Shown: piece by piece, positions 27,108-34,535 of the stretch
Position numbering within the stretch: position 1 is the stretch's first letter
Layout: each line of letters starts with the position of its first letter
Assembly: GCA_963666365.2 (NCBI GenBank)
Contig: CAXXNF010000002.1
Coordinates: 416,001 to 480,000 of the forward strand
DNA length: 64,000 nt
Direction: 5' to 3'
Source: Syntrophales bacterium
GTDB lineage: Bacteria > Desulfobacterota > Syntrophia > Syntrophales > UBA2210
Notes under the pieces: model-generated
Told to the model about the DNA's origin: nothing
What the model saw: only the letters and a program-made list of their open reading frames with translations
The model's database searches: none
Made by a program: the position numbers and the translations under genes

Positions 27108-28671
27108 TCAATTTGTAATGCCTTTTCAGGCCTCGAGGGTTCCGTGAATTCCGCCATGCTTTGCAATCAATGATCTTTATACGGTTTGCCCTCGTTTCTG
27201 GTTCCCAGTCTAAGGCAATATACAGGCGCGCCTTTTCACGTGAGAAATCAGCGCCCCTTCCAACGTCCTTTCCGTCGGCCTTTTGCAACCCCAGGAATGC
27301 TATTCCTTTCCTCAATTTGTCATGAATAGCACCAATCGTTAAGGCAATTTTAGAGAAGTCCTCTGCGATTTCGAGGAAGTCAACGATCCATATTGCATCT
27401 GAGCCATCAATGAAGTCCGCTGGCATCTGACTTGATTTCAGGTTGTACACCCTCATGTGACTTGCCCACTCTTCAAGTTGTGTATCTTTGAAGGCCTGCA
27501 GACGCTTTCGCATCTCATTTGCGCCCATTTCGGAATTCAGGTAAACTACTCGGCGACGCCCCAGGTTCAAATGAGCCAAGTTTAGAAGGAATGCAGTCTT
27601 TCCCGCCTCCTTGCTTCCGGCAACAACGGCAATGTTTCCGGGGTATAGAATCCCCTGCTCTGCAAGGCCCAGTGGCAAAGCAATGTCGTATTCCTTCCCG
27701 TCGGCGCTGAGAAAGTCCATTTCTTCAAAATCCTTGTCAACGCGCCGGTAAACACCCGCCTGCTTTCCATACTTTTCGATGAGCCCCTCTTCCTTGAGCC
27801 GGTGAAAGATAACCCTGATCTGCCGTTTCTCTTCCGGTGAAACGCTTTGAAACTCTCTGTGACACTCTGAAACGTTTATGAAACCCTCTTGAAACGTCAG
27901 CCAGTCACGAACCTGCTCAACAAGATTTCCATCACGCCGCTTTGCACGCTTCAATGCACTGTCAATTTTTGCATTTACTTCGCTTATCGGGAACGGTGGA
28001 TTGCATGAAAAAGCAAGTCGTTGCAATATGTTAGTGGTTAGCTCTGTTTGACATCCGCCTTTGACGAGGCAGCTCGCAATGTGAAAAAGGGTGTCATCCC
28101 GCCGCCCTTCCATGAAACGCTCTGAAACGTCTGAAACGCTTTGAAACGTAGGTGTTTCATGCCCCTTATATTTTAATTTATTTAATAAGGCATCGGGGCA
28201 CGGTGCAGGTGCAGTCTCGTGAATGCTCAGTCCTTCAAGCCACTGGTACGCCTTGCCTGTCCCATTCACAGAAGGCGGTGCGATCACGTAGCCCCCGTCC
28301 CCACGCACATCAACACCAGGGATAATGCCCGTCGCATTGCCGATGCTCTGGCCCGGAGGCATGGCGAGGTAAATGTGGTACCCCCTGGGCGTTTTTGCAA
28401 TAGCGGTGATAAACGCATCGGGCAACAGCTCCTGAATGCGCTGGTATGCTTCCTCGTTATCGCAATCGACGACGAACACCCCTGATATTGCGCCGGTCAC
28501 AACCCCGATCATCGCATTGGGCCATCGCGTCCACCAATCTTGCAGCTCCTCTGCTGTCGCTTGTCTGCTCTGGTACTGTTCCCATTTGATGAACGGGCTC
28601 TTGTCGGGCCGCACAGGGATCACGGAAAATCCCCTTCCGTTGTATTGCAAGGCTGAATCGATCATATTCAT
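27064..28671 (-). CDS. Bifunctional primase-polymerase with PriCT and RecA/AAA-type helicase domain
   Basis: Prim-Pol motifs VFVVDCD, TPRGYHIY and DVRGDGGYVIAPPS; PriCT-like EGRRDDTLF; Walker A GSKEAGKT. Confidence 0.9.
   Translation of the reverse strand: MNMIDSALQYNGRGFSVIPVRPDKSPFIKWEQYQSRQATAEELQDWWTRWPNAMIGVVTGAISGVFVVDCDNEEAYQRIQELLPDAFITAIAKTPRGYHIYLAMPPGQSIGNATGIIPGVDVRGDGGYVIAPPSVNGTGKAYQWLEGLSIHETAPAPCPDALLNKLKYKGHETPTFQSVSDVSERFMEGRRDDTLFHIASCLVKGGCQTELTTNILQRLAFSCNPPFPISEVNAKIDSALKRAKRRDGNLVEQVRDWLTFQEGFINVSECHREFQSVSPEEKRQIRVIFHRLKEEGLIEKYGKQAGVYRRVDKDFEEMDFLSADGKEYDIALPLGLAEQGILYPGNIAVVAGSKEAGKTAFLLNLAHLNLGRRRVVYLNSEMGANEMRKRLQAFKDTQLEEWASHMRVYNLKSSQMPADFIDGSDAIWIVDFLEIAEDFSKIALTIGAIHDKLRKGIAFLGLQKADGKDVGRGADFSREKARLYIALDWEPETRANRIKIIDCKAWRNSRNPRGLKRHYKLIGGAEMRPIGDWFP
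27838..28188 (+). repeat. Iteron-like TGAAAC repeats and AT-rich tract inside the primase gene (putative origin)
   Basis: Six copies at 27838-27896, four at 28113-28148, one inverted at 28154-28159, then an AT-only tract at ~28166-28188. Confidence 0.6.
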
Positions 28672-28916
28672 ATTGCACCACCTTTTCGCAACTCGGATCG
28701 TAGCACTTTCTCTACCTTCTCGGGCGTTTCGGAATCGTTGCAGCATCGCTGGCATAGGCAGTAGCGAATTAGTCGCGTTTTATCCTCAACCCCGCCGTAC
28801 GCTGCGGGTTCGTCAGGCAGAAAGACGCCGATCACCGCCGCGGCACCGCCGCAAATGAGACATGAATCGCCATCCCGCGGGTGCTTCATCAGTTCGAGGG
28901 CCTCATTCGTCGTCAT
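28668..28916 (-). CDS. Zn-finger-like hypothetical protein
   Basis: CLIC...CLCQRCC; ATGA overlap with the primase. Confidence 0.7.
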   Translation of the reverse strand: MTTNEALELMKHPRDGDSCLICGGAAAVIGVFLPDEPAAYGGVEDKTRLIRYCLCQRCCNDSETPEKVEKVLRSELRKGGAI

Positions 28917-29055
28917 GATCTTCCGCGTCTCCTTTGCTAAAGGCTGTGAACATTCGGTCGCTTATCGCTTGCAGGCGAGCAGCCTCGACGTCGCTCGCCG
29001 CTTCTATATAAATCTGTTCGGGCGTCATCTGCTCGTCGAAACTGAATAATATCAT
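28903..29055 (-). CDS. Small hypothetical protein (50 aa, below the ORF-track cutoff)
   Basis: MILFSFDEQMTPEQIYIEAAS...; fills the operon gap and follows a GGAG RBS. Confidence 0.5.
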   Translation of the reverse strand: MILFSFDEQMTPEQIYIEAASDVEAARLQAISDRMFTAFSKGDAEDHDDE

Positions 29056-29059
29056 ACGT

Positions 29060-29257
29060 TTATCCATTGTTTTCGCCCTCCAAGATTTTCTTGATGTCGG
29101 CGAGCGGCCAGAGCAGCCGGCGGTTTGGTAATTTCACGGGTTTAATTTTTAAATAATGTCCATTGATGCAGAGTCCCCTCCGCATGGTTTCATCTTCGAC
29201 GCCCAGCATCGGCGCAGCTTCCCTTGTCGTAATGTGTGTTATCCGATTTCGTTCCAT
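29060..29257 (-). CDS. AlpA/excisionase-like DNA-binding protein
   Basis: ITTREAAPMLGVEDETMR...PVKLPNRRLLWPLADI. Confidence 0.8.
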   Translation of the reverse strand: MERNRITHITTREAAPMLGVEDETMRRGLCINGHYLKIKPVKLPNRRLLWPLADIKKILEGENNG

Positions 29258-29420
29258 CCCAGCACCCCCTTTTTCAGTTGATTTGACAACTATGTCTGAA
29301 TTTGGACGGAAGAAATCTTCCGTGCGACGGAAGAAACGGGGAAGAAGTTAATTAAATCGGGATGTTAAAAAAAATAAAGCCGATGAAAAAAAAGTCCACC
29401 GGCTTCAAAGAAAGGAAAAA

Positions 29421-30611
29421 TCAGGATATGATGAGCCATGCAATTGAGGCAGTATATCTTAAGCCATAGCCGCCGTCAGCAACGATGTGTTTATTAAAAT
29501 GTTCGGAGAGTTCGGGTAGTCCAGCTTTTATGTTTTTAAAACTTGCAGTAAGGGCTTTTTTTACGTTTGACTGTGCTTTCTTGGCATTTGGGTCGATCTT
29601 TTTTTCTGGCAACCCCTTCAGTTTTCGCATCATTACGTCAATTTCTTCATCAAATTCGCGCCGCTCAAAGTCGGAATCGACTTTCTCTTTCTCGGCGATG
29701 AGCTGCCGCAATTGCCTCCCCAATGCGTCGCGGCTTTCGTCGGTAAGTTCTTCAGATATACCACCAGATTTATGCAACCCTTCTGCAAGCGCCTGTGAGT
29801 CAGAGATTGCGTCGTTTTGATTAGGGTTATATAATCGATAGAGTTCCAGGCACGAGACAGATTGGCCAATCCGGTTTGGTTCCAAAAGATAAGAGATATA
29901 CCGAATCCCAGCCAAATCTTTAACAGTTGTTAGCTTGCCATCGAAGCTGATTTCCCAGTATTGACCGCATCGCTTTAGGTAGTTCCCGCTGATGTTAACC
30001 TCAACGCTCTCATCTCTTTTTTTCTCTAGGTCCCCGGGGGGTTCCGCCCCGTACAGGATTATGTGCGGTTCGTCAAGCATTACGCCCCGGTTTCCCTCGG
30101 CCAAACGTCTTGTGAAAAATATCCATTCTTTTTTATAATCGGCTCCCGGAGGGTTAAGGTAAATATCTGCGAATCTGGCGTCCATAAGTGCGAGGTACGA
30201 ATCTCTATTTTTGATCGTTTCGGAGCATTCCAGAAAATCGTAAATCGTGGTTTTCTGTGATTTCAACTGCGCGATATGCTCATTTGCGCCCTCGTACAAC
30301 TGTGCCTGAAGCGGGTGAAGTTCGCTGGTTTTCCCGTAGAGCTTTTTTTGAATCATGCGCAACTCGGCGTCGGTGCCCCCCCGTTCGACGGCTTCCTGTA
30401 AAGGGTATTCAAACGGTTTTTCCTCACCGATATCGAAGACAACGCAATATTTTACCGGGTGCTGCAAATGCCTTACCTCTGCGTAGGGGCTTGAATAGTT
30501 GTGAAGTGTAATGCTCTCAACAGTAGCAAAGTCATTGCACTTCTCGGCCCACCTCCGTGCGTACATTTCAAGCAGTTCTATCTTGAAGGGAAATTGATTC
30601 TTGTTGTCCAT
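29421..30611 (-). CDS. Hypothetical protein, possible regulator
   Basis: 396-aa ORF with RBS, between the integrase region and AlpA. Confidence 0.7.
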   Translation of the reverse strand: MDNKNQFPFKIELLEMYARRWAEKCNDFATVESITLHNYSSPYAEVRHLQHPVKYCVVFDIGEEKPFEYPLQEAVERGGTDAELRMIQKKLYGKTSELHPLQAQLYEGANEHIAQLKSQKTTIYDFLECSETIKNRDSYLALMDARFADIYLNPPGADYKKEWIFFTRRLAEGNRGVMLDEPHIILYGAEPPGDLEKKRDESVEVNISGNYLKRCGQYWEISFDGKLTTVKDLAGIRYISYLLEPNRIGQSVSCLELYRLYNPNQNDAISDSQALAEGLHKSGGISEELTDESRDALGRQLRQLIAEKEKVDSDFERREFDEEIDVMMRKLKGLPEKKIDPNAKKAQSNVKKALTASFKNIKAGLPELSEHFNKHIVADGGYGLRYTASIAWLIIS

Positions 30612-30614
30612 TGC

Positions 30615-30699
30615 GTATCCCCCCGCAATTATCCCAGGTTGTGAAGGGGCAGCCGGTGGGATATGTCCGGTCTTCGGGTAGCTTGCCCTATCCCCTTCA
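30615..30699 (-). ncRNA. Candidate structured cis-regulatory RNA
   Basis: Closing stem tgaagggg/ccccttca with two internal hairpins; the loop auauccca is complementary to downstream ugggaua and to the RBS region ggggaua. Confidence 0.45.
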
Positions 30700-30717
30700 G
30701 TCTTATTGTTTTGACTG

Positions 30718-31266
30718 CTACAAAAACACCTTGTAGCTGATGTTCAGTGCCTTCCCTAGGCGCTTTGCCATTTCTTTCCCTATGGGACGTTTCCCGTTTT
30801 CCATTTCGCTGATATGCCGCTGCGGAATGCCGGTCAGTTCAGAGAGCTGAACCTGCGTCAATCCTTCCCGGTAACGTGCGCCAGCAAGCGCCTTACCGGT
30901 AAGCTCTTGTTTGGAACACTCCGGGTAAGCGTCTCGCCAAGGTGCTGCGTTCCCTGAATCATCTGATGTATCCCGACGAGACAACGTAGCTTCCACCTTT
31001 TCGGGAGGTGACCCTGGGTAATACTCGGTCTCCCACACCGGTTGAGGAACTCTCAGACCTTCTTCCGTTTTCGGATATGTTACCGATCGCTGTTTCTTCA
31101 TATGGGCGAATGCCTTTCGAAAGTAGGCGTTGTCTTCTTTCTTCTCTTGCCTTAGCTGCTCGATTTCGGAGGGTGTCAGCGTCTCGGAAACCGATGATGT
31201 ATCCAGCTTCCGCCGCAGTGAGGGTGCCTGGTTCGAATGCGGAACTTCCTTTGATTTCATGTCCAA
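30718..31266 (-). CDS. XRE-family HTH regulator (antitoxin-like C-terminus)
   Basis: GARYREGLTQVQLSELTGIPQRHISEMENGKRPIG. Confidence 0.8.
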   Translation of the reverse strand: MDMKSKEVPHSNQAPSLRRKLDTSSVSETLTPSEIEQLRQEKKEDNAYFRKAFAHMKKQRSVTYPKTEEGLRVPQPVWETEYYPGSPPEKVEATLSRRDTSDDSGNAAPWRDAYPECSKQELTGKALAGARYREGLTQVQLSELTGIPQRHISEMENGKRPIGKEMAKRLGKALNISYKVFL

Positions 31267-31275
31267 TCCTCCTTT

Positions 31276-32610
31276 TTAGCCTCCTGCTACTTCCTCAAAC
31301 CGAATCACCTTCTTTTCTTCCTCGCCGCTGGTGATTTTCTTTAAATACCGCTCCCACTTCACCAGAGCGGCCCTTTTCTCTTTTGTGTATTCGTGCCGGT
31401 CATAATGAACGGCCTGTACTCCACTGATACCGTGACTTAAAAGCTGCGCTCGTATATCGCGGTTTATACCCATGCCGGCCAGCATGGTTTCACAGGTGCG
31501 CCGGATATCGAGAAGGTTGAAGGCCTCGCCGCCCATAGCGGTGGATATTTCTGTTACTCGCTTTCCCGGGTAACTGAGATTGATTACAGTGTTCACCGCT
31601 GAGGGAAAAAGCAGGGTTACGCCCTTGGCTTCAGAACGCTTCACAAGTCCGTCAACAATGCCAGCGGCAATTGGCGCAAGAGGCAACAGATGTTCTCGTG
31701 GGCTTTTTCTCTTGCCTTTGGGGTCAGTGAGTCTGAGGGTTTTTGTTTCTTCGTTCCAGTCGGTAACCTCTACTCGTAACAGTTGAGCCATTCTTTGGCC
31801 GCCTGCATAAAGGGTGATCCTTAACGTTTGGTCGATAAGATCATCGTTCAGGGATTCAATGTACTTCTTCAGTTCTTCCCTTGTGAGCGTTCGATTCCTC
31901 GCTTTAACCGGAATAGTGGGCACTACTGTGACGGGATTTGATTCAACATCGAAGGGAATGAAAGAAGAGGGCAAGGCAGCCGATACGGGGGCTTTCATCG
32001 CGCAGTTGTACGCTGCTGCCAGATACGACCTGAATGAACCCGCCGTTCGTTCTTTCCCCGCTTCCATGACGCGCCTCACCAACTTAGCGGCTTGCTTCGG
32101 TGTAATATCTCTCGCCGGTGTACCTGCAAGGTCCGGATCGGCTTCCGTTAAGTGGCACTTTGTAGCTGAACGAACAGCCCCCGCGTAAATGATTTTTCCC
32201 TGCGCATCGCAATATTTTGCGTATTCTTCCATCAAAGCCTTGAGGGTGTATTTTTTGCTTGCTTCGGCTTCCTTCTTGGCGGCCTCATCCGCTGCTTTTT
32301 TCACAGCTCTTGCTTTTTCCTGCTTCTTTTCCACTTCTCGGGGGTCAATGCCTTTATCCAACAAGGCTTGAAGGTGCCGCGCCTCTTTCCGTGCATCTTC
32401 AATGGTCCAGTCACCGCACTTTCCAATTGTCCTACGAATCGTTGTACGGTTTAACTTACCCTCAAAGACAAAGGATTTTACTCCCGCTGCTGTTACTCTT
32501 ACAGCTAAGCGCGTAGCGTCAGCGTCCCAAGTAAACGATTGTTGCTTGTCGGCCGGGCATTGAATAGCTTTGATTCGATCAAGGGTGAGTCTGATTCGTT
32601 TCATGACCAC
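31276..32610 (-). CDS. P4-type tyrosine integrase with arm-binding domain
   Basis: N-terminal LAVRVTAAGVKSF...TIG...ARKEA; catalytic GQR, DIRRT, LLSH and HYDRHEY; adjacent to the tRNA fragment. Confidence 0.92.
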   Translation of the reverse strand: MVMKRIRLTLDRIKAIQCPADKQQSFTWDADATRLAVRVTAAGVKSFVFEGKLNRTTIRRTIGKCGDWTIEDARKEARHLQALLDKGIDPREVEKKQEKARAVKKAADEAAKKEAEASKKYTLKALMEEYAKYCDAQGKIIYAGAVRSATKCHLTEADPDLAGTPARDITPKQAAKLVRRVMEAGKERTAGSFRSYLAAAYNCAMKAPVSAALPSSFIPFDVESNPVTVVPTIPVKARNRTLTREELKKYIESLNDDLIDQTLRITLYAGGQRMAQLLRVEVTDWNEETKTLRLTDPKGKRKSPREHLLPLAPIAAGIVDGLVKRSEAKGVTLLFPSAVNTVINLSYPGKRVTEISTAMGGEAFNLLDIRRTCETMLAGMGINRDIRAQLLSHGISGVQAVHYDRHEYTKEKRAALVKWERYLKKITSGEEEKKVIRFEEVAGG

Positions 32611-32659
32611 CTCCTAAAGTTTGGCTGCGTGGTATAACGATTGCCCCTTGGCTTTGTCA

Positions 32660-32678
32660 TGTAGCCACTGTGTAGCCA
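32660..32678 (+). promoter_or_regulatory. Putative integrase arm-type sites (TGTAGCCA x2)
   Basis: Direct repeat with 11-bp period between the integrase start and the att core. Confidence 0.5.
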
Positions 32679-32797
32679 TATTCTTACAATTCATTTCAAT
32701 GAAAGTCAATATGTATTTTATTATTATTACTTGATAAGAATGGTTTTGATGGTGGATATGCAATCCGTTTCAATGATATTAAATGGGGTAATATTCA

Positions 32798-32844
32798 GAC
32801 TTCTAATCCGTAGGTCCCGGGTTCGAATCCCTGCTGGCGTACCA
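32798..32844 (+). other. att site: 3' half of tRNA-Arg(TCT)
   Basis: gacTTCTaatccg-taggtc-ccgggTTCGAATccctg-ctggcgt-a-CCA; no D arm or 5' acceptor strand upstream. Confidence 0.88.
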
Positions 32845-32849
32845 AAATC

Positions 32850-32876
32850 AAGGGCTCCCGCAAGGGAGCCCTTTTT
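32850..32876 (+). terminator. Rho-independent terminator
   Basis: aagggctccc-gcaa-gggagccctt followed by Ts. Confidence 0.8.
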
Positions 32877-33167
32877 AGCTTTGTCCACATTTGTCCACAT
32901 CTGGATGAATTGTTTTTCCTCTAGGAACTCAGCGAATAGAGGAAATTCACTCCGCCTTCGAAGGGTGGGATTATTTCGCTCCATGCGCCCCATGCTTCGC
33001 TCTCGATGTCATGCAAATCCGGGGACAGTATACGTAATTCAGCCTGTTCCTTTTGGTCAGGCTTCTGTTTGCGAATCACAGGGTCAATGCCGTTCTTTTC
33101 TTTCATGCTTCCCCCCTGCTGTTAGTAATTAAATATATTCCGTCCCCGTCCCGGCATTACAGGAGAC

Positions 33168-33202
33168 AAAAAATCCCCCCTTTTCCATCAAAAGGGGGGA
33201 TT
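33168..33202 (-). terminator. Rho-independent terminator
   Basis: aatcccccctttt / aaaaggggggatt stem with a U-run on the minus strand. Confidence 0.65.
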
Positions 33203-33251
33203 ATATATACCCGGGTTTTATCGACGAGGCAACCGGCGCCGCCGGCAGGGA

Positions 33252-33506
33252 TCATCCCTTTCCCCGTCTTACCCAGACTTCCCAGTAGAGGCGACCCACG
33301 CAGAGGAATACCCCGAGAAAGAAGAGTCCCAGCATGAAGGTCGGCGCGGAACCGAACTGCTGGTCAAGCCAGTACCCCGCATAGAGAAAGAGGAAGGACG
33401 AAATGGCGATCACAAATCCCCACACGCTTATCATGAAGACCGATGTGTAGTTCGCTCTGTCCTCCATATGATGCCTATGATGCAGATGATGTCGCAGTAC
33501 TGTCAT
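33252..33506 (-). CDS. AtpZ/AtpI-family small membrane protein
   Basis: GYWLDQQFGSAPTFMLG motif between two TM helices; AGGAGG RBS. Confidence 0.75.
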   Translation of the reverse strand: MTVLRHHLHHRHHMEDRANYTSVFMISVWGFVIAISSFLFLYAGYWLDQQFGSAPTFMLGLFFLGVFLCVGRLYWEVWVRRGKG

Positions 33507-33570
33507 TGTTCCTGTCCTCCTTTCCGAGGATGCCCGCCTTTAAGGCAGGATGAATCCGTATCTTCTTTTC

Positions 33571-33846
33571 CTAGCTGACCAGGGCCTTCAGCGCATCCAC
33601 CACCGGGGCCGTGAAGAGCGCCACCAGCACCGCGTAGAGCGCGAAGGAACCGACGGCTTCGCTCATGTAGATCTTGGAGTATTTGTGCTTCAGCGAGGTG
33701 ATGATCAGACCGCCCACCACCAGGCAGCCCAGCTGGAAGTAGGGGAAATTCCCCGCCGTCGATGCCACATACTCGGCAAAGCTGAAGGATGCCGTAATCA
33801 GAACCACGAAGACCGCCATGATCAGTGTCTGAAGTGTCCGTTTCAT
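33571..33846 (-). CDS. Small membrane protein
   Basis: Three hydrophobic segments; AGGAGG RBS. Confidence 0.75.
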   Translation of the reverse strand: MKRTLQTLIMAVFVVLITASFSFAEYVASTAGNFPYFQLGCLVVGGLIITSLKHKYSKIYMSEAVGSFALYAVLVALFTAPVVDALKALVS

Positions 33847-34535
33847 ATCCTTTTCCTCCTTTTGGTGTGTTCGTTTGTCTTTGCCTTATGATGTAGGAAG
33901 AACCGTGCCAAAGCGGGCATCCGTTCATAATATTTTTTATATGCTCGTTATTATTGATGATATTTGATTAAACCGGAACGGGGACGGACGCAAACTCGGG
34001 AGCGTTGCACACCCCCATTCGATGAAATGTGAAACACCGTTGAACGAAATGTCCAGAGGAAGGCGGATTTCATCGCTCACAGGTTACTTCCTATTGTAAT
34101 GCCGATAGTTCGGCATAGCGGAGCTTCTAAGCAACGTATTCATTTTATCCCGCAAGACGCCGAGTTCGCAGAGAAAAACTATTTTTATTGGTTTGTCCTC
34201 AGCGCCCCTGCGCCTCTGCGAGAAATGTTGTTATTTTATTCCCGGTACGCTGCTCAAACAACTGTGTTACTTTGCAGTATAATGCCAATGCCGACCGGAC
34301 ACATCCCTGGTATTTCGAAATCTTGAACCTGAACAAGGGCAGGACTCACATCACCGCGAACACCTCCGGCGCCGACAATAAAAGAGGCTTGACTTTTGTA
34401 TCCCGGGATCTTATTGATTAGTGATGTTCTTCTGAAAAGGTGGGGAGCAGTCGTGTCTATTGTAATGTTGGCTTCTTCTCACGTACCTGCTGCTTTTCTT
34501 GTGTTATACTGCCGATGCAACACTGAGGCTTATAC

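Noticed and set aside
25345..32610. Complete prophage or ICE
   Set aside because: No structural, lysis, relaxase or type IV secretion genes are present in the window.
32770..32844. Intact tRNA-Arg gene
   Set aside because: The 5' acceptor strand and D arm are missing; only the anticodon loop through CCA is present.
32727..33132. ORFs spanning the att site
   Set aside because: These are translations of tRNA and terminator sequence (GTPAGIRTRDLRIRS).
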